Origin: Ignavibacteriota bacterium
GTDB taxonomy: Bacteria > Bacteroidota > Ignavibacteria > UBA10030 > UBA6906
Reading direction: 5' to 3'
Length of the DNA stretch: 64,000 nt
Assembly (NCBI GenBank): GCA_963801355.1
Contig: CAWDEM010000004.1
Location: 138,903 to 202,902, forward strand
Position 1 is the first letter of the stretch. Every line of letters starts with the position of its first letter. Below are positions 9,209-18,226 of this stretch, one piece after another. A model generated the notes under the pieces. That model ran no database searches. It was given only the letters and a program-made list of their open reading frames with translations, and had not been told where the DNA came from. The position numbers were made by a program, and so were the translations under genes.

Positions 9209-10402
9209 ATGTCCGTCGCAACACGTGCTATCCATGGTAATCAGCTGTTCCCGCACCGGGCGCCCGTCGCTCCCCCGATTGTGCAAACCTCAACATACCG
9301 GTTCGACAGTTCCGGAGATGCGCTGCGGTATGCCCGGGGCGATCCCGATGTGTATGTCTACACACGCTATCACAACCCGACGGTGCGTGCCGCGGAAGAA
9401 CGGCTCGCGCTGATCATGGAATCGGAAAAGACTCTGATGGTTGCCTCAGGAATGGCGGCAATCAGCTCCGCGATTCTTGCGGCCGCCCGGGAGGGGAATT
9501 CAATTGTCAGTACCCCCGCACTGTATGGCGGCACCTACCGTTTCTTCCGCGACATCCTCCCCCGCCACGGTATTACCGTCCGCTACGTCCATCCGGACCG
9601 CCTCGACCGGATGGATGCACTGATCGATGCGACCACGCGGGTGGTCTACTTCGAAACCCCCACGAACCCGACACTCGGCATTGTGGACATCGAAGCCCTG
9701 GTCACCGCGGTCCGCAAGGCAGAGCGGCGCGTGCGCAGGAAGATACTGATCATGATCGACAACACCTTCGCGACAAGCCTCAACCAGCACCCCTTCCGCT
9801 TCGGTGTGGACGTTGTCGTTGAGAGCGCCACAAAATATCTGGGAGGGCATTCTGACATCATCGCCGGCGTTGTCGCAGGATCAGAGGAATTCATTACACA
9901 GGCTCATGCGCAGATGAAGTACTACGGGGGATGCGCAGATCCCTTTGCGGCCTTCCTTCTCCTGCGCAGCTTGAAAACGTTTGCATTGCGGGTGGCCCGC
10001 CAGAACGAAAACGCCCTCACGCTTGCACGCTCGCTGGAACTCCATCCCGGCGTGCTGCGCGTTCTCTACCCCGGACTGTCCTCGCATCCCCATCATCAGA
10101 TCGCCCGGAAGCAGATGGTGGATGCGGGAGGCGAAGGATTCGGCGGTATGGTCACCATCGAGGTAAAAGGAGGGCTCCGCGGTGCGGTCCGGGTCACCGA
10201 CGCGCTCCGCGTGGGAGTCAACGCCATGTCCCTCGGCGGAACCGAAACGCTGGTCAGCATTCCCGTCTACTCGTCTCACGTGCAAATGACTCCCCGGGAA
10301 TTGCACCGTCACGGCGTCACACCCGGCATGATCCGGATTTCGGTCGGTCTCGAAGGTATCCTGGATATTGTACGGGATTTTGAGGCATCTCTGGATTCTT
10401 GA
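9209..10402 (+). CDS. Cys/Met-metabolism PLP-dependent enzyme (cystathionine gamma-synthase / beta-lyase or methionine gamma-lyase family). Alternative upstream starts at 9149 (MSKRSAV) and 9113
   Basis: N-terminus MSVATRAIHG...YTRYHNPT and a PLP lysine region (ESATKYLGGHSDIIAGV). Confidence 0.85.
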   Translation: MSVATRAIHGNQLFPHRAPVAPPIVQTSTYRFDSSGDALRYARGDPDVYVYTRYHNPTVRAAEERLALIMESEKTLMVASGMAAISSAILAAAREGNSIVSTPALYGGTYRFFRDILPRHGITVRYVHPDRLDRMDALIDATTRVVYFETPTNPTLGIVDIEALVTAVRKAERRVRRKILIMIDNTFATSLNQHPFRFGVDVVVESATKYLGGHSDIIAGVVAGSEEFITQAHAQMKYYGGCADPFAAFLLLRSLKTFALRVARQNENALTLARSLELHPGVLRVLYPGLSSHPHHQIARKQMVDAGGEGFGGMVTIEVKGGLRGAVRVTDALRVGVNAMSLGGTETLVSIPVYSSHVQMTPRELHRHGVTPGMIRISVGLEGILDIVRDFEASLDS

Positions 10403-10474
10403 ATGTTTCAGTGATTTTCCGTAACTATAAGTTCTCCAACTTGTATCACGGCGTCCACCAAAGGGAGCACAATC

Positions 10475-12841
10475 GTGAAGCACAGCATTTTCTTCCGTAG
10501 CATCATTTTCTTCAGTCTTTGCATCGTTGCGGCTGCATTTCTCGCGGGCATCAATGGATGCGCTCCAAAACAGCAGGAATCCATAGTCGCGACAATCGGC
10601 ACGAACGCCATAACGCTCGCGGACTTCGAGAACATGTATACCCGCAGCAACGGGGATGCCAGCATTGATACTACCGTCAGCCAGGAGGAGCGGGAGCGGT
10701 TCCTTGATCTCATGGTCAAATACCGCCTGAAGCTTACGGACGCCTACCGCCAGGGATTGGACAAACGCCCCGAAGTACAGGGCGAAATCAATCAGTACCG
10801 GGGAAGTCTTGCCGCGTCCTATCTCACCGACCGCGAGCTTGTCGTCCCCAGCGTACGGAGGATGTACGACCGCAGCCTCGAAGAGATACGTGCAAGCCAC
10901 ATCCTGCTGACGTTCCGTCAGGATGCCAAGGCGGAAGACTCCGCAGCGGTGTACAAGCAGGCTCAGGAAATCATCACGGAAATTAAAGCCGGCAAAGATA
11001 TCGGTGAGCTCGCACTCCAATTCTCGCAGGATCCCAGCGCGAAGCAGAACAAGGGCGACCTGTACTATTTCTCCGTCGGACGCATGGTACCGGAATTTGA
11101 AGATGCGGCCTTTGCGCTGAAGACCGGCGAAGTTACTTCAACACCCATCAAGACCCGTTTCGGGCTGCACATCATCAAGGTAACGGACCGGAAACCCTCG
11201 CGGGGCGAGCTCCAGGCAAGCCACATCATGATCCGGTTTGCCGACCAGAACCCGTCGCCGGAGGATACGGCAAAGGCGTATGCAAAGATACTGGCGATCC
11301 AGGACAGCATAGCGAAGGGCATTCCCTTTGAAGAGCTGGCAGCGCGGAATTCCGAAGATGGTGGATCCAGCGGCCGCGGAGGTGATCTCGGTTGGTTTTC
11401 GCGCGGACGGTGGCCGCAACCGTTCGATGAAGCAGCATTCCGGCTGACACCCGGCAAGACATCCCCCGTTGTCCGTACCTTATACGGTTATCACATCATC
11501 TACTGTACCAATGCCCGGCCCCCGAAATCCTTCGAGGAAGCCAAACAGGATTTCCAGAACCTTTATCAACAGCAACGCTTCCAGTCGGACTACGCGGCAT
11601 TCACGGCAAAGATCAAGAAGGAAACCCAATTTGTCCGGAAGGATTCCGTGATCGCCCTTTTCGTCTCCGGGTTCGACTCCACAAAAGCCGTCCGCGACAG
11701 TGCCTGGGGTTCGACCCTGCCCGGCGATTTTGGCAGGGCAACAATGTTCACGGTGCTCGGACGCCCGATCATCGTGGATACGGTGATCGCCATGATCAAG
11801 AGCCACGTTGAATGGTCGACCACCTCCCTTCACCGTGTGTCTCTCGCACCGATCGTCGACAAGCTGGCCGACCAGGTGCTCTTTGAAGGAAAGTCGGAGC
11901 TGCTCGAGAAGCAGGATCCAAAATTCGCCGCGTTGCTGCGCGAGTACCGGGAAGGAATCCTTCTCTATCAGATCGAGCAGGATCAGGTGTGGAACAAGGT
12001 CACGACATCCGACTCGCTGCTGCGCCTCTATTTCGCAGACCACCGGGACAAGTTTGTTTTCCCGGACCGCGTACTCTTCACCGATATTCGTGCCGTTTCC
12101 AATGCCAATGCGGAGATCATCCGACAGAAGCTGCTGGCCGGAATGACCATGGAACAGGTTGCACGTGAAGATTCCATTCGCATGGCCGCAAAGGTGGCCT
12201 TCCAGCTCCGTTTTGGTGCGGGGAAAACAACGCTGCCGGCGGCACAGACGGGAACGGTGGCCTCCGTCGGATCATTCCTGACGAAGGAGAAGTCAACGCG
12301 TGTCATGATTGCAGCGTATGCAGACACGAGCACGCGCAAGTCCAAAAACGAAGCCCTCGCAAAGCAGCGTCTGGAGCTTGTGAAGGGGTTGCTGATGAAG
12401 ACGCACGGCATTGCATCCGACCGCATCATCACGGAGATCCGGCCGCGTAATTTTGCAGCCGCGAAGCAGCGGGATACCGCCGGGGTCCTGCAGCTTCTGG
12501 ATGTGCAGATACTCGGTCTGCAGCCGCTGGTGATAGGCCCGTTGGAAACCTTACTGGCTGCTCCCGCTGCGGACGACCGCGCGAAGCAGGCGGATTCTCT
12601 CGCCGTGGGCGGCTATTCGGCGCCGTTCTTCCACAAAGCGGGGTTTGTCGTTGTCCGTAAAGACGGGGTTGATCCGGCCCGGCAGAAGACCTTCGAAGAA
12701 GCGGGCGCCGAAGTCTCAAGTGCATTCCAGGAGTATGAATCAAAGCGCCTTGAAGCCGAATGGCTCAACCGCGTAAAGCAGTACGCACCGGTGATCGAAC
12801 ACAAGGAATTGTTGAAGAACGCCTTTGCAAAGACTCCGTGA
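10475..12841 (+). CDS. Large SurA/PpiD-like lipoprotein with two parvulin PPIase domains and an extra C-terminal chaperone-like module
   Basis: GTG start with AAGGGAG RBS; lipobox LAGINGC; two parvulin cores (ASHILLTF...GLHIIKV and ASHIMIRF...GYHIIYC); SurA-like C-terminal tail. Confidence 0.8.
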   Translation: MKHSIFFRSIIFFSLCIVAAAFLAGINGCAPKQQESIVATIGTNAITLADFENMYTRSNGDASIDTTVSQEERERFLDLMVKYRLKLTDAYRQGLDKRPEVQGEINQYRGSLAASYLTDRELVVPSVRRMYDRSLEEIRASHILLTFRQDAKAEDSAAVYKQAQEIITEIKAGKDIGELALQFSQDPSAKQNKGDLYYFSVGRMVPEFEDAAFALKTGEVTSTPIKTRFGLHIIKVTDRKPSRGELQASHIMIRFADQNPSPEDTAKAYAKILAIQDSIAKGIPFEELAARNSEDGGSSGRGGDLGWFSRGRWPQPFDEAAFRLTPGKTSPVVRTLYGYHIIYCTNARPPKSFEEAKQDFQNLYQQQRFQSDYAAFTAKIKKETQFVRKDSVIALFVSGFDSTKAVRDSAWGSTLPGDFGRATMFTVLGRPIIVDTVIAMIKSHVEWSTTSLHRVSLAPIVDKLADQVLFEGKSELLEKQDPKFAALLREYREGILLYQIEQDQVWNKVTTSDSLLRLYFADHRDKFVFPDRVLFTDIRAVSNANAEIIRQKLLAGMTMEQVAREDSIRMAAKVAFQLRFGAGKTTLPAAQTGTVASVGSFLTKEKSTRVMIAAYADTSTRKSKNEALAKQRLELVKGLLMKTHGIASDRIITEIRPRNFAAAKQRDTAGVLQLLDVQILGLQPLVIGPLETLLAAPAADDRAKQADSLAVGGYSAPFFHKAGFVVVRKDGVDPARQKTFEEAGAEVSSAFQEYESKRLEAEWLNRVKQYAPVIEHKELLKNAFAKTP

Positions 12842-13700
12842 CGGGTGGTGGCGAGGACTGGCGGCGGCACTCGCGCTGACGCTGGCCGCATGCGGCCGGG
12901 AGGGCGAACGCAGCGGATATGTTGCCCGCGTCAACAGCGTAGTGTTGACCGACGCTGATATTGCGCATCAGCGCGACTCTGTGGGCGAAGCGGGTGCCGC
13001 ATCTAAAGAATACATCAACGACTGGGTCGTCAACGAGCTGTTGTACCAGGAGGCCGAACGGCGCGGCGTGACCGACGATCCATCGTTCCGCGACCAGCTC
13101 GAGGCCATGCGCAAACGGCTTGCCGTCGCCGCTCTCCTTCAGGAAGCGGTGTATGCGAAAGTTGACAGCACCGAGCTCCCGGAAGACTCCGTCACCCAGG
13201 CCTACACGCGCTCGGGCCAGGCATTCCTGTTGCGCGAAGATATCACGCTTGCGAGTTATGTCCTCTTCCGCACCCGGGAAGCCGCCAACGCATTCCGCGC
13301 CACCCTCATGCGCGGCACCCCATGGCAGACCTCGCTGACCGAACTCCAGGCAAAACCTTCAAAGGAACCTCCCGTCATCCAGTCGGCGGACCATCAGTAC
13401 TTCTCCAGTGCAACGCTGTACCCCGAGGAGCTCTGGAAACTGGCCCGCTCTCTCGCCCGTGAAGAGGTCTCCCCTCTACTTCGTACCAATGAGGGGTACG
13501 TTGTCCTTCGCACACACCAGAATTTCCGTCAGGGGGAACTTCCGCCGTTCGCGTACGCACGTGCCGAGGTGCGGGAACGTCTCCTGATGGACCTCCGTCG
13601 CGCCCGCTACGAGGAGTTCCTCGGTGTGGTCCGCAAACGGCATACCATCGACATTCGTGAACCACAGGCTGGACCTGATCCGTCCGCCTCACAGGAGTAA
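12825..13700 (+). CDS. SurA-N-like periplasmic chaperone lipoprotein, with at most a degenerate parvulin domain
   Basis: TTG start overlapping the upstream gene by 17 nt; signal plus lipobox (LALTLAACG); SurA N-domain-like (INDWVVNELLYQEAERRGV). Confidence 0.6.
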   Translation: MQRLRDGWWRGLAAALALTLAACGREGERSGYVARVNSVVLTDADIAHQRDSVGEAGAASKEYINDWVVNELLYQEAERRGVTDDPSFRDQLEAMRKRLAVAALLQEAVYAKVDSTELPEDSVTQAYTRSGQAFLLREDITLASYVLFRTREAANAFRATLMRGTPWQTSLTELQAKPSKEPPVIQSADHQYFSSATLYPEELWKLARSLAREEVSPLLRTNEGYVVLRTHQNFRQGELPPFAYARAEVRERLLMDLRRARYEEFLGVVRKRHTIDIREPQAGPDPSASQE

Positions 13701-13703
13701 TGC

Positions 13704-14984
13704 ATGTTCCGTTCCGTCATCCCGCGCGCCCTTGTCCTTTCTCTGGCAGTGTGCGGCGTGTCTCCCGCACCGGCACAGGTGCTCGACCGCGTTATCGCCG
13801 TCGTGGAAAACGATCCCATTCTTGAATCGGAGTTGAACGCCCAGATCCAGTTCTTTGCTCTGTCCAACCGCATGGATCCAAAAGCTCCGGGTGTACACGA
13901 TCAGGTACTGCAGGCGATGGTCAACGAGAAACTGATTGTGGCCAAGGCAATCCAGGACAGCGTGACCGTCACCGATGAAGAAGTCCAGCAGCAGCTTGAA
14001 GCGGCAATTCAGCAACGTGTGCAGCAAGTCGGCTCCGAGGCGCGGTTGGAAGAGATGTACGGTATGCCCTTGAGCAGAATCAAGCGGGAATACCGGGACG
14101 AAATGCGGAAGAACCTCCTTGCACAGAAATTGCAGCAACAACGCTTCGGTGCGACGCAGATCGGCCGCTATGAGGTGGAGGAATTCTTCCGGACCTATCG
14201 CGACAGTCTCCCCCGCGTCCCTGAAGAAGTGGAACTCTCCCATATCTTCATCAAACCCCGGTTCGGCGCCGCCGAACGCACCGCCGCATACAAGCGCATG
14301 CAGGCATTGCTCGACAGCATCAATGCCGGTGTCGACTTCGCGGAGCTGGCCAAGCGTCATTCGGAAGACCCTGGCTCGGGACCGCAAGGCGGCAATCTCG
14401 GCCTCGTCCGGCGTGGACAGTTTGTCAAAGACTTTGAAAGCGCCGTCTTCGGCTTGGGCGAGGGACAGGTCTCCGGCATTGTGGAGACCGAGCTCGGGCT
14501 GCATATCATCCAGCTGCTGGAACGCCGTGGCGATGCCGTGCGTGCACGCCATATTCTGTTGCGCATTCAACGCACGGACTCCGGGGACAGCAGCACCGTC
14601 GCTCTCCTGGATTCTCTACGCAGTGCCGCTCTCGCGGGCAGCGACTTCGGCGTACTGGCAAAGAAATTCTCTGAAGACAAGGAGACAAACCTGATCGGGG
14701 GCATGCTGGGCGCACTTGATCTGGAGCAGCTTGATAAGAGCTGGTTCACCGCCGTGGCACCGCTCTCACCGGGCGAGATCAGCAAGCCCGAAAAACTCCC
14801 GGTGGGCAGCTCGTACGGCTATCATATCGTGCTTCTGCGCAAACGCACACCGGCTCATGAAATGACCCTCGAGCAGGATTACCACAAAATCGAGGCACTT
14901 GCGCTGAACTATAAGAGATCAAAGGACTACCAGAGCTGGCTTGATGATATCCGGAAGAGTATCTACTGGAAGATCTATCCCTAA
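13704..14984 (+). CDS. surA: Peptidyl-prolyl cis-trans isomerase SurA (two parvulin domains)
   Basis: AGGAG RBS; signal peptide; SurA-N plus two parvulin cores (SHIFIKP...GLHIIQLL and ARHILLRI...GYHIVLL). Confidence 0.85.
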   Translation: MFRSVIPRALVLSLAVCGVSPAPAQVLDRVIAVVENDPILESELNAQIQFFALSNRMDPKAPGVHDQVLQAMVNEKLIVAKAIQDSVTVTDEEVQQQLEAAIQQRVQQVGSEARLEEMYGMPLSRIKREYRDEMRKNLLAQKLQQQRFGATQIGRYEVEEFFRTYRDSLPRVPEEVELSHIFIKPRFGAAERTAAYKRMQALLDSINAGVDFAELAKRHSEDPGSGPQGGNLGLVRRGQFVKDFESAVFGLGEGQVSGIVETELGLHIIQLLERRGDAVRARHILLRIQRTDSGDSSTVALLDSLRSAALAGSDFGVLAKKFSEDKETNLIGGMLGALDLEQLDKSWFTAVAPLSPGEISKPEKLPVGSSYGYHIVLLRKRTPAHEMTLEQDYHKIEALALNYKRSKDYQSWLDDIRKSIYWKIYP

Positions 14985-15002
14985 CGGCAGAGGACACAGT
15001 TC

Positions 15003-16013
15003 GTGAGCACCGCTCCCGCCTCATCTACAGCCACGGGTGATGTCGCAGACGCGCGCCGGCTGAACGATGCGTATGATAAGCTGCGGAATGAGATCGCCAA
15101 GGTCATTGTCGGCCAGGAAACCATTGTCGAACACATGCTGATTGCCCTCCTGGCCCGCGGCCACTGCCTGCTGGTCGGTGTGCCGGGTCTCGCCAAAACA
15201 CTCCTCATACGCACGCTGGCGCAAGTCCTCGATCTGAAATTCAACCGGATTCAGTTCACACCTGACTTGATGCCCAGCGACATCACCGGAACGGAGATTA
15301 TCGAAGCACATCCGGGATCCGGCGCGAAGGAATTCCGGTTCATTCGCGGCCCTCTGTTCGCAAACATCGTGCTGGCCGACGAAATCAACCGTACCCCGCC
15401 CAAGACACAGGCGGCTCTCCTGGAAGCAATGCAGGAACACCGCATCACCGCGGCGGGAACCACATACACCCTTGATGAGCCGTTCTTCGTCCTGGCAACG
15501 CAAAACCCGATCGAGCAGGAAGGCACCTATCCCCTGCCCGAAGCCCAACTCGATCGCTTCATGTTCAACCTCTGGCTCGAGTATCCCTCCCCCGCAGAGG
15601 AAGTCCAGATCGTCAAGTCCACAACCGGACTCCACGACCCCGCACCCGGCCATATCCTGACGGGACAGCAAATTACCCGGTTTCAGGACCTGGTCCGGCG
15701 GGTACCTGTCGCAGATAATGTTCTGGAGTACGCGGTCAAACTCGTAGGAACCACACGCCCGGGGGCAGCCCAGTCACCGCAGTTTGTCAAGGATTGGATC
15801 CGCTGGGGTGCCGGACCACGGGCTTCCCAGTACCTGATTCTCGGCGCAAAAACCCGTGCACTCCTGACCGGGCGCCATACCCCCGATATCGATGACGTGC
15901 GCTTCATGGCCGGCCCCACACTCCGCCATCGTCTCGTCACGAATTTCAACGCCGAAGCAGACGGCGTCACCGCTATTGAGATCGTGGACCGGCTCGTTCG
16001 CGAGCTGCCCTGA
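15003..16013 (+). CDS. MoxR-family AAA+ ATPase (AAA_3)
   Basis: Walker A GVPGLAKT; Walker B/DEINR LADEINRTPPKTQAALLEAMQE, characteristic of MoxR. Confidence 0.9.
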   Translation: MSTAPASSTATGDVADARRLNDAYDKLRNEIAKVIVGQETIVEHMLIALLARGHCLLVGVPGLAKTLLIRTLAQVLDLKFNRIQFTPDLMPSDITGTEIIEAHPGSGAKEFRFIRGPLFANIVLADEINRTPPKTQAALLEAMQEHRITAAGTTYTLDEPFFVLATQNPIEQEGTYPLPEAQLDRFMFNLWLEYPSPAEEVQIVKSTTGLHDPAPGHILTGQQITRFQDLVRRVPVADNVLEYAVKLVGTTRPGAAQSPQFVKDWIRWGAGPRASQYLILGAKTRALLTGRHTPDIDDVRFMAGPTLRHRLVTNFNAEADGVTAIEIVDRLVRELP

Positions 16014-16018
16014 GCACC

Positions 16019-18187
16019 ATGCCGCAGATCGATCTCCGCCTGGGCATACCACCCGCTCTGGCACTCATTGCTGTCATCGCTGCGGTGGCCCTCGCAGTGC
16101 TCTTTTACCGCACGACCATACCCCCTGCACCACGCCCGAAGCGTCTCCTGCTGGCAACTCTTCGCGGCCTCGCCCTGGCACTCCTCGCTTTTCTTCTCTT
16201 TGATCCGCAACTGCGCCTCACCCTGACGAGAACCGCGGCGCCCGGATTGACGGTACTCGTCGATAACAGCAGGAGCATGTCTATTACCGACCGTGACGGC
16301 ACCAGGAGCGACATTGTGCGCACGATCCTCCGATCATCCGTGCTCGAAGCGTTGCATCAGCGCGCACTGGTCACCATCGTTCCATTCGGGGCACGAGTGC
16401 GTACAGGCGAAGGTCTGACGGCGGATTCACTTTCGTTTACGGAAGACGGCACGGATATCGCCGGTGCACTTTCTGCAGTCCAGCAGAACGACCGCGCACT
16501 GCACAGCAACGCCGTGCTCCTGCTCACTGACGGTATTGTCACGCTGGGACAAAATCCCGTGGGCCCCGCCTCCGCATTCCCTGTCCCCATCACCACGGTC
16601 GGTATCGGCGACAGCAGCGAACAACGCGACGTCGCGGTGCAACGCATCGGCGCAAACGCAGTGGTCTACACCGGCGTACCGACGCCGGTCCAGGTGATGG
16701 TCCATGCAAGCGGCTATCAGAATGAACGCATCGAGGTCTCTCTCACTGACGGGACAACCTCTGCCGGGCGGACCACGCTGACACTCGAACCGGGGTCGCA
16801 CGATTATGCGGTGCCGCTTACCTGGACGCCCGCCGTCGAGGGAACACACTCGCTGACAGCCACGGTGAGCAGTCTTCCCGGCGAAGTCACGACGCGGAAC
16901 AATCGCCGAACCATAGCGGTACGGGTCCGCAAAAGCAAGCTGCGTCTCCTCATTATTGCCGGCGGGCCGTCATACGATCTTGCATTCTTCCGTACCACTG
17001 CACAGGAAGACCCTGCCGTCGCCGTTTCCGCCTTCACACAAACACCCGCGGGTACCTTCTATGAGGGACTCCTGACACAGGCGGCGCTGGACTCGGCGGA
17101 TTGCCTGGTCCTGATCGGCATGCCCACCACGTTCACACATCCCTCAACGATTGATGCCGTGGCCGGCGCGATCAACCGACGGCATCTTCCGTTTCTCTGG
17201 ATCGGGTCGCGCACGGTGGATGTGACGCGCAGCGGCGCACTCGCTGCATTGCTGCCATTCACCGCCACCGGTGCTTCCACTGTGGAACAGGAGATCAGCA
17301 TCCAACCCGTCCCGGCGGAACAGGCATCTCCGCTGCTGGCTCCCATCCAACCGGGGGATCCGTCTCCGTGGCAGCAGCTGCCGCCTATTTTCGCCACACG
17401 CACACAATTCGCTGCAAAAGCCGGCGCAATGGTTCTGGCTACAGCACGAATCCAGAGCGTGATCACTCCATCGCCGGTGCTTATCGTCAGGAGCCAGGGC
17501 GGGCAGCGGTCTATCGCACTTCCGGGGTATGGCATATGGCGCTGGCGGCTCCTGGCACAGAGGTCGCCGGCCGTAGCAGGCTTTTTTCCAAAATTCGTCA
17601 CCAACGTGATCCGGTGGCTCACGGCTCCGGACGACACCGCTCCACTTGTCGTCAAGCCGCTTGCCACGGTGTATGGCCAGGGGGAACCACTTGGATTCGA
17701 AGCGCAGGTGTACGACGTTCAGCAGCGACCCGTGGACGATGCCGAAGTGCGCGTTGTCGTGCAACAACGGAACCAGGCAATCGAAGGCACGCTTGCTTCT
17801 GTGGGGAACGGACGGTATGAGGGAACGCTGCCGGGTCTGGGTGAGGAGGGTGTCTACCGGTATCGTGCCGGCGCGGGAAAAGGAGGGGCTGTACTCGGTG
17901 CGGACAGTGGTGCCGTGCGCGTTGGTGGCACACATGTGGAATTTCGCACAACCCGAACCGAGACTGCTTTGTTGCGCGCCATCGCCGCCCGCTCCGGTGG
18001 TGCGTACCTGAGTCCGGGGGATCTTTCACGATTGCCCGACGAGCTCTCGCGTCAGGGATTTTTCACACCCCGCATTACCACCGAGGAATCGGACCACCAG
18101 ATGCGCTCCTGGCCGTATATTGCTGGAGCAATCGTCCTGCTCCTCGCGCTCGAATGGCTTATCCGGAAGCGGAGCGGCATGCTCTAA
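16019..18187 (+). CDS. BatA-N / vWA-domain membrane protein (two N-terminal TM helices, vWA with MIDAS motif DNSRS, about 450-aa beta-rich region, C-terminal TM helix)
   Basis: 722 aa; TM helices LALIAVIAAVALAVLF and LLLATLRGLALALLAFLLF; LTVLVDNSRSMSITD; C-terminal WPYIAGAIVLLLALEWLI; sits immediately after moxR. Confidence 0.8.
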   Translation: MPQIDLRLGIPPALALIAVIAAVALAVLFYRTTIPPAPRPKRLLLATLRGLALALLAFLLFDPQLRLTLTRTAAPGLTVLVDNSRSMSITDRDGTRSDIVRTILRSSVLEALHQRALVTIVPFGARVRTGEGLTADSLSFTEDGTDIAGALSAVQQNDRALHSNAVLLLTDGIVTLGQNPVGPASAFPVPITTVGIGDSSEQRDVAVQRIGANAVVYTGVPTPVQVMVHASGYQNERIEVSLTDGTTSAGRTTLTLEPGSHDYAVPLTWTPAVEGTHSLTATVSSLPGEVTTRNNRRTIAVRVRKSKLRLLIIAGGPSYDLAFFRTTAQEDPAVAVSAFTQTPAGTFYEGLLTQAALDSADCLVLIGMPTTFTHPSTIDAVAGAINRRHLPFLWIGSRTVDVTRSGALAALLPFTATGASTVEQEISIQPVPAEQASPLLAPIQPGDPSPWQQLPPIFATRTQFAAKAGAMVLATARIQSVITPSPVLIVRSQGGQRSIALPGYGIWRWRLLAQRSPAVAGFFPKFVTNVIRWLTAPDDTAPLVVKPLATVYGQGEPLGFEAQVYDVQQRPVDDAEVRVVVQQRNQAIEGTLASVGNGRYEGTLPGLGEEGVYRYRAGAGKGGAVLGADSGAVRVGGTHVEFRTTRTETALLRAIAARSGGAYLSPGDLSRLPDELSRQGFFTPRITTEESDHQMRSWPYIAGAIVLLLALEWLIRKRSGML

Positions 18188-18190
18188 GCG

Positions 18191-18226
18191 GATCTACCGC
18201 TTCTTCGCAGATCTACCGCTTCTTCC
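18191..18226. repeat. 17-18-bp tandem direct duplication (GATCTACCGCTTCTTC x2) covering the last codons (KKR-stop) of gyrA and the gyrA/vWA convergent spacer
   Basis: Read directly in the sequence; the second copy recreates an alternative-frame ...AKKR-stop ending. Confidence 0.5.

Noticed and set aside
12300-12480. Possible OmpA-like peptidoglycan-binding segment (AAYADTSTRKSKNEALAKQRLELVKGLL) in the 788-aa PPIase
   Set aside because: It matches only the N..L..R...V..L part of the OmpA-C motif. The context fits the SurA chaperone module better. Too weak without an HMM.
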